Made by a program: the position numbers and the translations under genes | Origin: Candidatus Eiseniibacteriota bacterium | GTDB lineage: Bacteria; Eisenbacteria; RBG-16-71-46 | Direction: 5' to 3' | NCBI GenBank assembly: GCA_041492985.1 | Contig: JBGPXY010000001.1 | Coordinates: forward strand, 1-52,057 | Length of the DNA: 52,057 nt | Notes under the pieces: model-generated | What the model was told of the DNA's origin: nothing | The model's input: the letters and a program-made list of their open reading frames with translations, nothing else | The model's database searches: none | Shown: positions 1 through 6,740 of the stretch, in pieces | Numbering within the stretch: position 1 is the first letter of the stretch | How the letters are laid out: the number at the start of each line of letters is the position of its first letter

Positions 1-2
1 AG

Positions 3-782
3 TCGCGTCAGCAGAGCACCTGGGCTTCCGGCGACTTCGGCCGGATCGGCGTCCTGCTCCAGATCGTCGGCGAAACGCTGTGCGAAGCCGTGGACCTGCG
101 GGCGGGCGACAATGTGCTCGACGTGGCCGCCGGAAACGGCAACGCCTCGCTGGCGGCGGCCCGCCGCTACGCCGACGTGACCTCGACCGACTACGTGCCC
201 GAGCTGCTCGCGCAGGGGCTCCGTCGCGCCGAGGCCGAGGGCCTGCCGATGCTCACGCGCGTCGCCGACGCCGAGAACCTGCCGTTTCGAGACGGCGAGT
301 TCGACGTCGCCCTCTCGACCTTCGGCGTGATGTCCGCCCCCAACCAGGAGCGCGCCGCGGCCGAGCTGCTCCGGGTCGTGCGGCCCGGAGGGCGTATCGG
401 CCTCGCCAACTGGACGCCGGATGGCTTCATCGGCGAACTGTTCCGCGTCGTCGGCCGCTTCGTGCCACCTCCGCCCGGCCTCATGCCCCCGGCGGTGTGG
501 GGCACCGAGACCCGGATCGTCGAGCTGTTCGGGACACAGGCGGCGGACATCCGGACCGAGCGCAAGCAGTTCGTCTTCCGCAACCTGTCGCCGGAGCACT
601 GGATCGATGTGTTCCGGCGCTACTACGGGCCGGTCCTCCGGGCCTTCGAGGCGCTCGATACGGCCCGACAGGAGGAACTCCACGCCGCGCTCGTCGAACT
701 TCTCGAACGGCACAACCGCGGCGGGCATGAGGCGCTGATCGTGCCCGGCGACTACCTCGAAGTCGTCGTCCGGCGCGCGTGA
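3..782 (+). CDS. Class I SAM-dependent methyltransferase (Methyltransf_11-like), 5' end cut by window edge
   Basis: The frame is open from nt 3 (SRQQSTWASGDFGRIGVLLQIVGETLCEAVDLRAGDNVLDVAAGNGN...). It has the motif I VLDVAAGNG and PGGRIGLANW. The ORF track lists 90..782. Confidence 0.8.
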   Translation, partial: SRQQSTWASGDFGRIGVLLQIVGETLCEAVDLRAGDNVLDVAAGNGNASLAAARRYADVTSTDYVPELLAQGLRRAEAEGLPMLTRVADAENLPFRDGEFDVALSTFGVMSAPNQERAAAELLRVVRPGGRIGLANWTPDGFIGELFRVVGRFVPPPPGLMPPAVWGTETRIVELFGTQAADIRTERKQFVFRNLSPEHWIDVFRRYYGPVLRAFEALDTARQEELHAALVELLERHNRGGHEALIVPGDYLEVVVRRA

Positions 783-825
783 TGGCTGCGCCGCGTTCAT
801 TGCCACAGAACAAGGGAGGCAGGTC

Positions 826-2211
826 ATGACGCACTTGCAAACCATGAGGATCGAGGAGCTGAGGCGTGGCTTCACGGGCGAGATGCTTCTTCCGGGCGAC
901 GACTCCTACGAAAGCTCGCGCAGGATCTGGAACGCGATGATCGACAAGCGCCCCGCGGTCATCGCTCGCTGCGCCACGACCACGGACGTCGTCCGCGCGG
1001 TGAACTTCGCGAGGGACAACGGGCTCCTGCTCGCCATCCGCGGCGGCGGGCACAACATCTCCGGCAATGCCGTGTGCGACGACGGCATCGTCATTGACCT
1101 CGGGCAGATGAAAGCCGCCCGCGTCGACCCCGACACCCGCCGGGTCACGATCGAAGGAGGTGCCACGCTCGCGGACCTCGACGCCGCCACCCAGGCCCAC
1201 GGCCTCGCCACTCCGGTTGGCATCAACTCCACCACCGGCGTCGCCGGACTGACGCTCGGCGGGGGCTTCGGCTGGCTCAGCCGCAGGCACGGCATGACGG
1301 TCGACAACCTCGAGTCGGCCGAAGTCGTGACTGCGACCGGCGAGCTCGTGCACGCCAGCGCGACCGAGCACCCCGACCTCTTCTGGGCACTCCGGGGCGG
1401 CGGCGGCAACTTCGGCGTGGTCACCCGCTTCGAGTTCCGACTCCACCCGGTCGGACCGGACGTCCTGAGCGGACTCATCGTGTACCCGATCTCCGCGGCG
1501 AAGTCGGTGCTTCGGCAGTACCGCGATTTCCTCGCCTGGGCACCGGAGGCGCTTTCGGTGTGGTCGGTTCTGCGCCTGGCGCCGCCACTGCCGTTCCTCC
1601 CGGAGAATGTCCACGGTCAGGGGATCATCGCGCTCGCGGTGATCTATGCGGGCGACCCCAAGCAGGGGGAGCCGCTGATCGAGCCGTTGCGCAAGTTCGG
1701 CACCCCCCTGGGCGAACACGTCGGCGTCCAGCCTTATGTCGCTTGGCAGCAGGCCTTCGACCCGCTGCTCACCCCCGGCGCCCGCAACTATTGGAAGTCT
1801 CACAATTTCTCGACGCTCGAGGACGGACTGTTCGACGCCGTCGTCGAGTCCATCGGGAAGCTTCCGTCTCCCCAATGTGAGATCTTCTTCGGCGCCATCG
1901 GCGGTGCCACCACAAGGCCGGCCCCGGATTCCGCGGCTTACCCCCACCGGGACGCCAAGTTCGTCGTGAACGTCCACGGCCGCTGGGAGGACCCGGCCGA
2001 CGACAAACGCTGCATCGGCTGGGCCCGCGACTTCTTCAATGCCTCCGCGCCCTTCGCCAGCGGTGGCGTCTACGTCAACTTCCTCACCGCCGACGAAGGC
2101 GATCGCGTGCGCTCCGCCTACGGCCCGAACTACGATCGACTTGCCCAGGTGAAGCGCAAATACGATCCGAGCAACCTGTTTCGCATGAACCAGAATATCG
2201 AGCCCGCTTAA
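826..2211 (+). CDS. FAD-binding oxidoreductase (FAD_binding_4 plus BBE-like C-terminus)
   Basis: 461-aa ORF with RBS GGGAGG 7 nt upstream. Motifs: RGGGHN, GGGFGW, LRGGGGNFGVVT, and the C-terminal YVNF...NYDRL..VKRKYDPSNLFRMNQNI typical of berberine-bridge-like oxidases. Confidence 0.85.
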   Translation: MTHLQTMRIEELRRGFTGEMLLPGDDSYESSRRIWNAMIDKRPAVIARCATTTDVVRAVNFARDNGLLLAIRGGGHNISGNAVCDDGIVIDLGQMKAARVDPDTRRVTIEGGATLADLDAATQAHGLATPVGINSTTGVAGLTLGGGFGWLSRRHGMTVDNLESAEVVTATGELVHASATEHPDLFWALRGGGGNFGVVTRFEFRLHPVGPDVLSGLIVYPISAAKSVLRQYRDFLAWAPEALSVWSVLRLAPPLPFLPENVHGQGIIALAVIYAGDPKQGEPLIEPLRKFGTPLGEHVGVQPYVAWQQAFDPLLTPGARNYWKSHNFSTLEDGLFDAVVESIGKLPSPQCEIFFGAIGGATTRPAPDSAAYPHRDAKFVVNVHGRWEDPADDKRCIGWARDFFNASAPFASGGVYVNFLTADEGDRVRSAYGPNYDRLAQVKRKYDPSNLFRMNQNIEPA

Positions 2212-2252
2212 GAGAAGAATGCTCTTCTTCCAGCTCTCACGGATTTCGAACC

Positions 2253-2697
2253 TGAACCGACCCGGGTTCTTCGGAGAACTTGTTAAGTGAGTGTCGCCAG
2301 CTCGGCCGAGGGCTCGACCGGTGGAACATACCCGATAGGCTCGAGCAGACGGTGGTGGGTGAACCAGGCCACCCATTGGAGCGTCGCGAACTCCACGTCT
2401 TCGAGGTTGCGCCATGGCCCCCGACGCCAGCTCACCTCAGCACGGCTCCCGAACCCGCGATTGCTTCGACGAGCGCCGAGCCGAAGGCAAGACCGACCGC
2501 GAGATCCGCCGCTGGCTAAAGCGCTAGATCGCCCGTGAGCTCTACCGCGTTCTCGGGCACTCCCGTGACAGCCACTAGGAGCGTCCTCTCAAGGAATGGA
2601 GCCTCCGGGAATCCCGGCCCGGTTCAATCGCCAGACGGCTCCCGCCGAACTGGCGGTACTCACGTAACGAGCTCTCCGGAGAACCCGGCGCGATTCA
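2253..2697 (-). mobile_element. Internally deleted IS3-family insertion sequence relic (about 445 bp) with about 45-bp terminal inverted repeats
   Basis: 2253-2298 (TGAACCGACCCGGGTTCTTCGGAGAACTTGTTAAGTGAGTGTCGCC) is an imperfect inverted repeat, about 80% identity, of 2652-2697 (reverse complement TGAATCGCGCCGGGTTCTCCGGAGAGCTCGTTACGTGAGTACCGCC). The ends are TG...CA, and the sequence resembles IS3-group IRs (TGAACCGCCCCGGG...). It encloses a transposase C-terminal fragment. No target-site duplication is seen. Confidence 0.6.
2283..2420 (-). pseudogene. IS3-family transposase (OrfB) C-terminal fragment
   Basis: The minus-strand translation ...GPWRNLEDVEFATLQWVAWFTHHRLLEPIGYVPPVEPSAELATLT* matches the conserved C-terminal tail of IS3 OrfB integrase-like transposases. 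The upstream frame is not transposase-like. Confidence 0.6.
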
Positions 2698-2872
2698 TAA
2701 AATCCGTTGCTTCGTGCTTCCAGACCTCGCGAAGCGAGACTCGCTAGAGCTTGCCAACAGAGACGGCCACCGTTGAACCTCCTCGATCAGGGCGAATCCA
2801 GGCAGGAACCGTCCCCGGCGTCGGAGACTCCGCGAGCGAACGGGCCCTGGGCCGCGAACGACAAGGGGGATC

Positions 2873-2899
2873 TGGAGGCGGCACCCGGATTCGAACCGG
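2873..2899 (-). repeat. 27-nt direct repeat of the 3' end of tRNA-Cys (T-arm 3' part, acceptor and CCA); att-like scar
   Basis: TGGAGGCGGCACCCGGATTCGAACCGG is identical to 4547-4573 inside the intact tRNA-Cys. No matching 5' acceptor strand lies nearby, so this is not a gene. Confidence 0.75.
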
Positions 2900-3122
2900 C
2901 GTGCAGGGGGCAATTGGAGAATCTCGAGGTCCTACCGGCGGGTCCGATGCCACGGCTGGGTAGCCCTTGATTCGCCGGGCGTGTGAGGGGCAATTGCGGG
3001 ATCGTGCCACCGCCCCACGGAGCTGTTTCCGTCGCCTCCCTAGCGCGCAACTAGTCGCCGCCACGAACTCGCGAAGCTCTAGCAGCTTCAAGGCCGTGTC
3101 GCCGGCACCGGAGCCGGATCGT

Positions 3123-3476
3123 TCATGGGTACTGAGAATGTCCGCACCGAAAACAGATCTTCGCCTGGGGCGTGCGGAGGATTCGAGCGCATTCTGGGCA
3201 ACGATTGATGAATACCTCGACCTTGTGATCCGCCAGGATGCGCCGAACCACGCCATCTAGGAATGCGATTCTCTCCTCGGACGTGGGCGGCTTGTACGAG
3301 AGCGGTACGTTCTGGAAGGCAGGAACCTTTCGGCGGCGCTCTTCTGCGAGAACTAGGCTCCTTCTCTCCCACCGAGCTCTTTCTTCAGCCGTCCCCGTGC
3401 GCTCAGCATCGGTCATCAAATGGCTGAAGTAACACAGCACATACCCTCTGAGTTCGTCGGTCTCGTCGCGTTCCAT
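3123..3476 (-). CDS. Hypothetical protein with C-terminal zinc-ribbon (CPEC...CFRCGH)
   Basis: 117-aa ORF starting at MERDETDELRGYVL. GC content is visibly lower than the surrounding genes. No family was recognised. The start was chosen at an internal ATG of ORF 3123..3638. Confidence 0.45.
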   Translation of the reverse strand: MERDETDELRGYVLCYFSHLMTDAERTGTAEERARWERRSLVLAEERRRKVPAFQNVPLSYKPPTSEERIAFLDGVVRRILADHKVEVFINRCPECARILRTPQAKICFRCGHSQYP

Positions 3477-3765
3477 GTGCGTCACGCTAAGGGAATCGCC
3501 CTGTGCGCGCCATAGGAAGGTCGGCGGCCAGCTCGGCGCCCTGAGAGCTACCCCACGCGGCGCTTGTCGGCCACGACGGGAGACCTCCGTGCGCGTCCCA
3601 TGGCGAGGCGGCCTATGAGCGGGAAACCGCGCCGTCAAGGATTGGTGTCACACCGATCTTCACCGTCCACCAAACCGAAGCGACTCCGCACCGATCGCTC
3701 TCGGGGGACTTGGAACGGCGCTGTCCGCAGTAGCCGCGACATACAAGTTCTGATATCATGCGAGC

Positions 3766-4101
3766 ATGTCGGAACGGCCACTCGCCTGGCTCGGCTCCTC
3801 TCTCACGGACCTGCGGGCGTTCCCTGCCGACGCGCGCGGAGCCGCTGGCTATCAGCTGAGGCGAGTCCAATCCGGCTTGATGCCCAGCGACTGGAAGGCC
3901 GTGTCCTCCGTCGGGCCGGGGGGGTACGAGATCCGCGTGCACACGGGAGTCGAGCATCGGGTCTTCTACGTGGCCAAGTTCAGCGAGGCGATTTACGTGC
4001 TGCACGCCTTCGAGAAGAAGTCGCGGCAGACCCGTTCGGACGAGATCGAGGTTGGTCGACGCCGCTATGCAAGACTCGAGGCCCAGCGAAGAGGAGCCTG
4101 A
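3766..4101 (+). CDS. Type II toxin, RelE/HigB superfamily (phage Gp49-like)
   Basis: 111 aa with LTDLRAFPADARGAAGYQL..VQSG..P.DWK....GPGGYEIRV....EHRVFYVAKFSEAIYVLHAFEKKSRQT, the typical Gp49/HigB-like pattern. An HTH antitoxin follows 10 nt downstream. Confidence 0.8.
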   Translation: MSERPLAWLGSSLTDLRAFPADARGAAGYQLRRVQSGLMPSDWKAVSSVGPGGYEIRVHTGVEHRVFYVAKFSEAIYVLHAFEKKSRQTRSDEIEVGRRRYARLEAQRRGA

Positions 4102-4111
4102 GGAGGAAGCG

Positions 4112-4411
4112 ATGGCCACCCGAATTCGACAGTCATCCGGAAACGTTTTCCGAGACCTGGGATTTCCCCGCGAGGAGGCGGAGCACCTGAGAATCCGCTC
4201 CGAACTCATGATCCGGCTCACCAAGCTCATCGAGGGAAGGCGTCTTACCCAGGCTCAGGCCGCGCGGCTGCTCGGCGTCACTCAACCGAGGATAAGCGAT
4301 CTTGTACGCGGCAAGATCGATCGCTTCAGCGTGGATAGCCTGATCGAGATGCTGGGCCGGACGGGCGCCCGGATCGCGGTCGTGGTGAAGCCGCGGAGGC
4401 GAGTGGCCTGA
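4112..4411 (+). CDS. XRE-family HTH antitoxin (HigA-like)
   Basis: 99 aa with RBS GAGGAGGAAG. The sequence GNVFRDLGF...LTQAQAARLLGVTQPRISDLVRGKIDRFSVDSLIEML is typical of HTH_37/HigA antitoxins. Confidence 0.8.
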   Translation: MATRIRQSSGNVFRDLGFPREEAEHLRIRSELMIRLTKLIEGRRLTQAQAARLLGVTQPRISDLVRGKIDRFSVDSLIEMLGRTGARIAVVVKPRRRVA

Positions 4412-4435
4412 TCGTCGGCGCTGCCGGACGAACTC

Positions 4436-4462
4436 GTGAACGTTGAGGGGGCTCAACTTCAC
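4436..4462. terminator. Stem-loop between the TA operon end and the tRNA-Cys 3' end (possible bidirectional terminator)
   Basis: GTGAA-C-GTTGAG GGGG CTCAAC TTCAC forms an 11-bp stem with one bulge. It is followed by GCTCGCTTTGG on the plus strand. Confidence 0.35.
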
Positions 4463-4546
4463 GCTCGCTTTGGCGACGGTCGTATTCAACGCTCCCCCGG
4501 TTCAATCAAGGGTTTTGCCAATGAAGGCTTGGGCCCTGCAGGGAGT

Positions 4547-4621
4547 TGGAGGCGGCACCCGGATTCGAACCGGGGAATAAGGGTTTTGCAGACCCTCGCC
4601 TTACCACTTGGCTATGCCGCC
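4547..4621 (-). tRNA. tRNA-Cys (anticodon GCA), CCA encoded
   Basis: The minus strand reads GGCGGCA TA GCC AAGTGGTAA GGC G AGGGT CTGCAAA ACCCT TATTC CCCGG TTCGAAT CCGGG TGCCGCC T CCA. This folds as a cloverleaf with a GCA anticodon and the U73 discriminator characteristic of tRNA-Cys. Confidence 0.95.
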
Positions 4622-4685
4622 CCAACGGGCCGAGCACTCTAGCATCGTAGCGGCAGCTCTTGCCAGCGGTGGACATCACTCAACG

Positions 4686-4925
4686 AATCCCCCCGCCCCC
4701 CGCGCCCTTCTCTCCTCGGTGCACCTCGGTGATTCGGCTCGGCTCGAACTCTCTGACGTGATGGGACGCAGGGTGGCGATGAGAGATTGGGCTTCGCTCG
4801 AGGGCGGCGCACACACGGTTCCGTTGGCCGACGAGACCAGGTTCAGCCCTGGCGTGTGCGGCGTTCGGCTCACGCTCGCGATCCGGCACCGTCGCGACGA
4901 GCGGCGTAATTCTCTCGCCCTGATC
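4686..4925 (+). pseudogene. Relic of a FlgD-Ig/T9SS-type C-terminal sorting domain with no N-terminal body
   Basis: NPPAPRALLSSVHLGDSARLELSDVMGRRVAMRDWASLEGGAHTVPLADETRFSPGVCGVRLTLA...RRNSLALI aligns block-for-block with the C-terminal domains at 25480-25717 and 33770-34002 (NP...L.L.VYDV.GRRV......G.H.V.W......GVYF.R......R.L...). Upstream, the frame runs straight into the tRNA-Cys gene. Confidence 0.45.
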
Positions 4926-4948
4926 TCGAATCTATCTCGACCCGTCGG

Positions 4949-6388
4949 TCAGAGCTTTCGGAACTCCGCGGTTTCGCCCTGCGCGCCAGGATTGCCGCGG
5001 GAGAATCCACCTGGCCCGGCCGATCCCACCACGGTCTGATTCCCAGTTCGCGTGAAAGAACTGGCCGCGTCCTCGAGAATCGCGATGCTCGGGCCGCCGC
5101 CGCCGCCGCCGCCGGCACCGCCACGGCCGCCGGTACCGCCACGGCCGCCGTTTCCGCTTAGGCCCGTACGGCCTCCCAGGAAGTCGGACGCCTGGGCTCC
5201 GGGCTCGCCGCCGACGCCGAAGGTGCCGCCGGCGCCGCCGTCTCCGCCTGGGCCACCGCTGCCGCCATTGGCCGCAACGATGACGTTGTTCAAGAGCGAG
5301 CCGGCTGAGCCCTGCGCGAGCAAGACGCCGAAAGATCCGCCGCCGCCGGCGCCGCCGGCACCACCCTTTCCTCCTCCGCCCCCCGCTCCGCCGCCGCCGC
5401 CGCCCGGGCCGCAAATCAAAAGCGTTCCGACGCCGGCGCCTCCGCCCCCCCCTCCTCCTCCGTTCTGACCGTCGATAGCCTTGTTGCCACCTGCGGGCAC
5501 GTAGCCGCCGCCGACGAAGTTGCCGAAGGACCCGCCCGACGCTCCGTGCGCTCCGTCGCTAACCGGCTGGCCGAAGCCGCCCACGTCGCCGAAATGGGGT
5601 GAGACGAGGACCTGGCCGCCCCTGCCGCCCAAGCCGTAGCCGGGGCCAGAGCCCGGTCGGCCACTAGCACCATCGCCCAGGGTTCCATAGCCGCCGTCTC
5701 CACCACTGCTACCGATCGTGGAACTCTGGCCCGCCCCTCCATCGTTGGGGCATTCGCCGCCGTCGGCGCCCCTCGCCCCGGCGCCCGTCGCGTCGAGTCC
5801 AGCCGCGCCGGGGGGACCCGTCGTCCCCGCCTTGCCCCGGCCCGCGTAGATCCGGTTGTCCGCGATCACGACGCCCTGACTCCCGTTCAGGAGATGGACG
5901 CCGATCGAACTGCCGCCCGAGGCCGTGGCGTCGGCGCTGCGAATGGAGAAGCCGTCGATCAGGAGCGAATCGGCGTTGCTCCCTGACATCGCCGTCGGCC
6001 CGCCCGAGATGACGGTGGAGTCGGTCGCGAGATCGCGGACCCAGGTCGCGCCGCTGTAGCCGCCGTGGAGGCTCATTCTCGAGCGGAGCGTGATGCTGCC
6101 GGCATACGTTCCATAGGCGACGTAGATGTCGGCGCGCGTGTTCCCGGTGGCCGCGACGTCGATCGCCTTCTGAATGGTCTTGAATGGCGCCGGTTGGGTC
6201 CCAACATTCGCATCGTCGCCCGTCGCGGCGCTGACGAAGTAGTTTCCTGGCACGTTCGGGACCCCCGGCGGGCCCGGGTTATTCGGCGCGGTAGGAGATT
6301 GCTTGCTGCAGCCAGTCGCAACCCCCAGAGCGAGCAACGTCACGAACGCCAGGGCCAGCCTGGTGGCCTGATGGATTCTATGATTCAT
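4949..6388 (-). CDS. Lipoprotein with DUF1565/right-handed beta-helix-like N-domain and a long Gly-rich low-complexity C-terminal half
   Basis: RBS GAGGAGG. Signal plus lipobox MNHRIHQATRLALAFVTLLALGVATGC. NYFVSAATGDDANVGTQPAPFKTIQKAIDVA..ADIYVAYGTYAG is DUF1565-like. The C-terminal roughly 200 aa are dominated by GGxGG runs. Confidence 0.7.
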   Translation of the reverse strand: MNHRIHQATRLALAFVTLLALGVATGCSKQSPTAPNNPGPPGVPNVPGNYFVSAATGDDANVGTQPAPFKTIQKAIDVAATGNTRADIYVAYGTYAGSITLRSRMSLHGGYSGATWVRDLATDSTVISGGPTAMSGSNADSLLIDGFSIRSADATASGGSSIGVHLLNGSQGVVIADNRIYAGRGKAGTTGPPGAAGLDATGAGARGADGGECPNDGGAGQSSTIGSSGGDGGYGTLGDGASGRPGSGPGYGLGGRGGQVLVSPHFGDVGGFGQPVSDGAHGASGGSFGNFVGGGYVPAGGNKAIDGQNGGGGGGGGAGVGTLLICGPGGGGGGAGGGGGKGGAGGAGGGGSFGVLLAQGSAGSLLNNVIVAANGGSGGPGGDGGAGGTFGVGGEPGAQASDFLGGRTGLSGNGGRGGTGGRGGAGGGGGGGPSIAILEDAASSFTRTGNQTVVGSAGPGGFSRGNPGAQGETAEFRKL

Positions 6389-6489
6389 GGTTCTGCCTCC
6401 TCGCAGACGCCGAGGACTACTGCTCGCCGCCCTGACGAGCTCTCTACAAGTGAATGCGCAGATTGTAGTCCGAGTGCGCAGCGGGGGGT

Positions 6490-6590
6490 GCTTCGTTCCC
6501 CCTCCAGTCCTCTCAAACGACATCACCCCAGCGAGAACAGGTCGCTGGGGCGATTGGCTATCGGTCTGAGGCGATGTCGGTTGCGTGACT
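6490..6590 (+). repeat. Intergenic module, short variant (copy A')
   Basis: Hairpin CCCCAGCGA-GAACAGG-TCGCTGGGG (6526-6550), followed by CGATTGGCTATCGGTCTGAGGCGAT and GTGACTTTGGC. Shares the hairpin-proximal blocks with 16583-16636 and 40402-40450. Confidence 0.55.
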
Positions 6591-6740
6591 TTGGCACGGG
6601 TCCGGTGTAGAGCGAATTCAAAGCCGCAGCAACCTCTGGCGCCATGTGCGGCTCGAGGTCTCGAGCCGCGCGAAGAAGAGATCGCCGCCGCCGGTTCTCC
6701 CAACCCCGTCGCGTCCTCGCCACGGATCTCGTCTCCGACC

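Noticed and set aside
481-2415. 644-aa minus-strand ORF spanning the methyltransferase and FAD-oxidase genes
   Set aside because: It is antisense to two genes that have clear enzyme motifs. The sequence is Arg/Gly/Pro-rich low complexity, which is typical of shadow ORFs in high-GC DNA.
2873-2966. Possible tmRNA or second tRNA, because of a perfect T-arm, acceptor and CCA
   Set aside because: No complementary 5' acceptor strand (GGCGGCA) or D/anticodon arms lie upstream, and the acceptor is Cys-type rather than the G-U Ala-type of tmRNA. I interpret it as a duplicated 3' fragment (att scar).
5052-5468. Proline-rich 138-aa plus-strand ORF
   Set aside because: It is the mirror image of the Gly-rich (GGC/GCC) tail of the lipoprotein gene on the opposite strand, with no independent start signals.
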